From: Malacoraja senta
Taxonomy: Eukaryota
Direction of reading: 5' to 3'
Assembly: GCA_038087875.1 (NCBI GenBank)
Contig: CM075989.1
Coordinates: forward strand, 5,704,001-5,768,000
Length of the DNA: 64,000 nucleotides
The position numbers were made by a program, and so were the translations under genes. Position 1 is the stretch's first letter, and every line of letters begins with the position of its first letter. The notes under the pieces are model-generated. The model searched no databases, had not been told where the DNA came from, and worked only from the letters and a program-made list of their open reading frames with translations. Shown here in pieces: positions 61,808 to 64,000 of the stretch.

Positions 61808-64000
61808 TCTTTTTTTTAATTTTATTTTTATTTTTATTTATTAGAAGTACATTACATTACAACCAATTACATCAGTACTCATCACGTATATCTTATTACA
61901 ATTAATGTACTCCGTCATTTTTTACACTGATAAAAAGGAAAGGTTGAGATTAAGAAAAAAGAGAAAGTGAAGGAAAATAGTGAAGGTGTAAAAACGTGAC
62001 AACAAGAAAGAACAGAGACCCTGTAGAAAAGAAATTAAAAAGAAAGGATTAAGATAGACCCTAAAGAAGAAAAAAAAGAGAGGAAAAAAGAGAAAAACAA
62101 ATACTTTGTTATAAGCATCACGCAAATGGGATATACCAACTCTCCAGCTTTCATCCCCCTTTACCTGACCTCAGTTTTTTTTAAGTACTTTTGCACCCTA
62201 TACTTGTAATAATTCTATAAATGCAGACCACGTCAGGTGGAAGTGATCTGGTTTACCTGCCAGGAGGAGTCTTATCTCTTCTAGGTGTAATGTTTCAAAC
62301 ATATTTGAAATCCACATGTTTATAGTTGGTATTGGAGCGTTTTTCCAGAATTTAAGGATTAACTTTTTTCCAGTTATTAACCCGTAATCTATTAATTTCT
62401 TTTGAAACATTTAGTTCAGGACTATCTTCCGTTGTTCTGAAGATAATCCATTCTGCTTTTGGTATCAGTTTTATTTTAAATAATTTTGTAAAGATTTCAA
62501 AAATTTCAATCCAAAATTTTTGAATTTTTGTACAAAAATCAAATGAGTGCACTATAGTAGCTTCTTGAGATTGACATTTATCACAAATGGATGATACATT
62601 TGGGACATTTTTATTAATTTTAGTTTTTGAATAATATAATCTATGTAAAATTTTAAATTGTATTAAAGTGTGTCTTACATTAATCGAACATTTATGCACG
62701 TTTAATAAATATTCATTCCACCTTTCCTTTGAGATTTTAATAGCTAATTCTTGTTCCCAGTCTCTTCTAATACCTTCCGTAGATGGTATTTCTACATTTA
62801 AGATAATATTATACAAATATGATATTAAGTTTGCTGATTCAGATTTTATCTGCATTGCTTCATCCAATACATCTGCTGGGATATTATAATGATCTTTTGT
62901 ATATTTTTTCAAATAGTCACATATTTGAAAATATTTAAAATATTGATTATTTCCCAGTTTATATTTTATTTGTAATTGTTGGAATGATAGTAATTTTCCA
63001 GTTTCATACAACTCACCGAACGTTTTAATTCCTAGTCTATCCCATTGTATAAAAGATTTGTCTGTAATAGAGGGATTAAACGAAGGGTTATTAACTATTG
63101 GAGATAAAAGCGATAGATTTCTTAATTTTAAATTTTGTTTTATTTGTTTCCAAGTTCTGATTGTACTATGTATAATTGGGTTTTTGTTATAATTTATGTT
63201 ATTCAGTTTCATTGGTGAGAGGAGGATCGCTCCAATGTTACCAGAGGAGCAGTCCTCTCTCTCCATTACAATCCAGTCCACTTGCTGGGCAGAGTTGTCC
63301 ATCAGTTGGATCATATTTTTAATATTTACTGACCAATAATAATACATGAAGTTTGGGAGTGCTAAGCCCCCTAATACTTTAGCTTTGTTCAAGTGTGTTC
63401 TTTGTATTCTATGGGATTTATAGTCCCATATAAAATTAGTAATGTCTGAGTCCAATTTTTTTTTAAACTTCTTTGGTAGGTATATAGGAATCGATTGAAA
63501 TAGGTATAAAATTTGTGGTAAGAAGATCATTTTTATTGCATTTATTCGGCCTATTAAAGACATCGGAAGCGTTTTCCAAAATGTAATTAATGTATTTAAT
63601 TTATTAAGTAGAGGATCATAATTTGCTTTGAACATGCCTTGATATGTTCTGGTGATTTCAATACCCAAGTATTTAAATTTTTCTGTAGCTATTTTAAAAG
63701 GGAATTTTAAAAGATGTGTTGAGTCTTTCAGTTTTATTGACATAATTTCACTTTTATTCCAATTTATTCTGTATCCAGAAAAGGATCCAAAGTCCTCAAT
63801 TAGATTTAATATGTTTGGTATAGTAATTTGAGGTTTTGTAATGTACAATAATATATCATCCGCGTATAAAGATATTTTATTATTTGAGTATTTAGTATTA
63901 TACCCATGGATATCTGGATGTGTTCTAATTTTTTCTGTTAAAGGTTCAATTATGAGAGCAAACAACTGTGGTGATAATGAGCATCCTTGTCTGTTTCCCC
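61808..64000 (-). mobile_element. L1 LINE, ORF2 RT to C-terminus plus 3' UTR and poly(A); runs off the window
   Basis: RQGC.LSP.LFAL.IEPL, SLYADD, FSGYRINWNKS, KYLG, GGLALPN, CDKC...H...C zinc knuckle; frameshift near 62400. Confidence 0.93.

Overview
This is repeat-dense vertebrate DNA, not prokaryotic. HE1/V-SINE-type SINEs with CR1 tails suggest a cartilaginous fish, probably a skate or ray (inference). There are two 200-N assembly gaps (30835-31034, 53315-53514). The only host gene I can support is a minus-strand WDR93-like gene with five phase-compatible exons between 60354 and 35670. The rest is mobile DNA: Penelope-like elements and about 20 short derivatives carrying a hammerhead-ribozyme core, CR1, Rex1/Babar and L1 LINEs, two DIRS1-type elements, a Harbinger element with a Myb/MADF gene plus three MITEs, a 7-bp-TSD DNA element, and Helitron-like termini. 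One WDR93 intron holds a ~3.4 kb tandem duplication joined by a perfect 128-bp palindrome. Each copy contains a scrambled Gypsy patch that is absent from a third, more diverged copy. Family and gene assignments come from motif recognition and memory; no searches were run.
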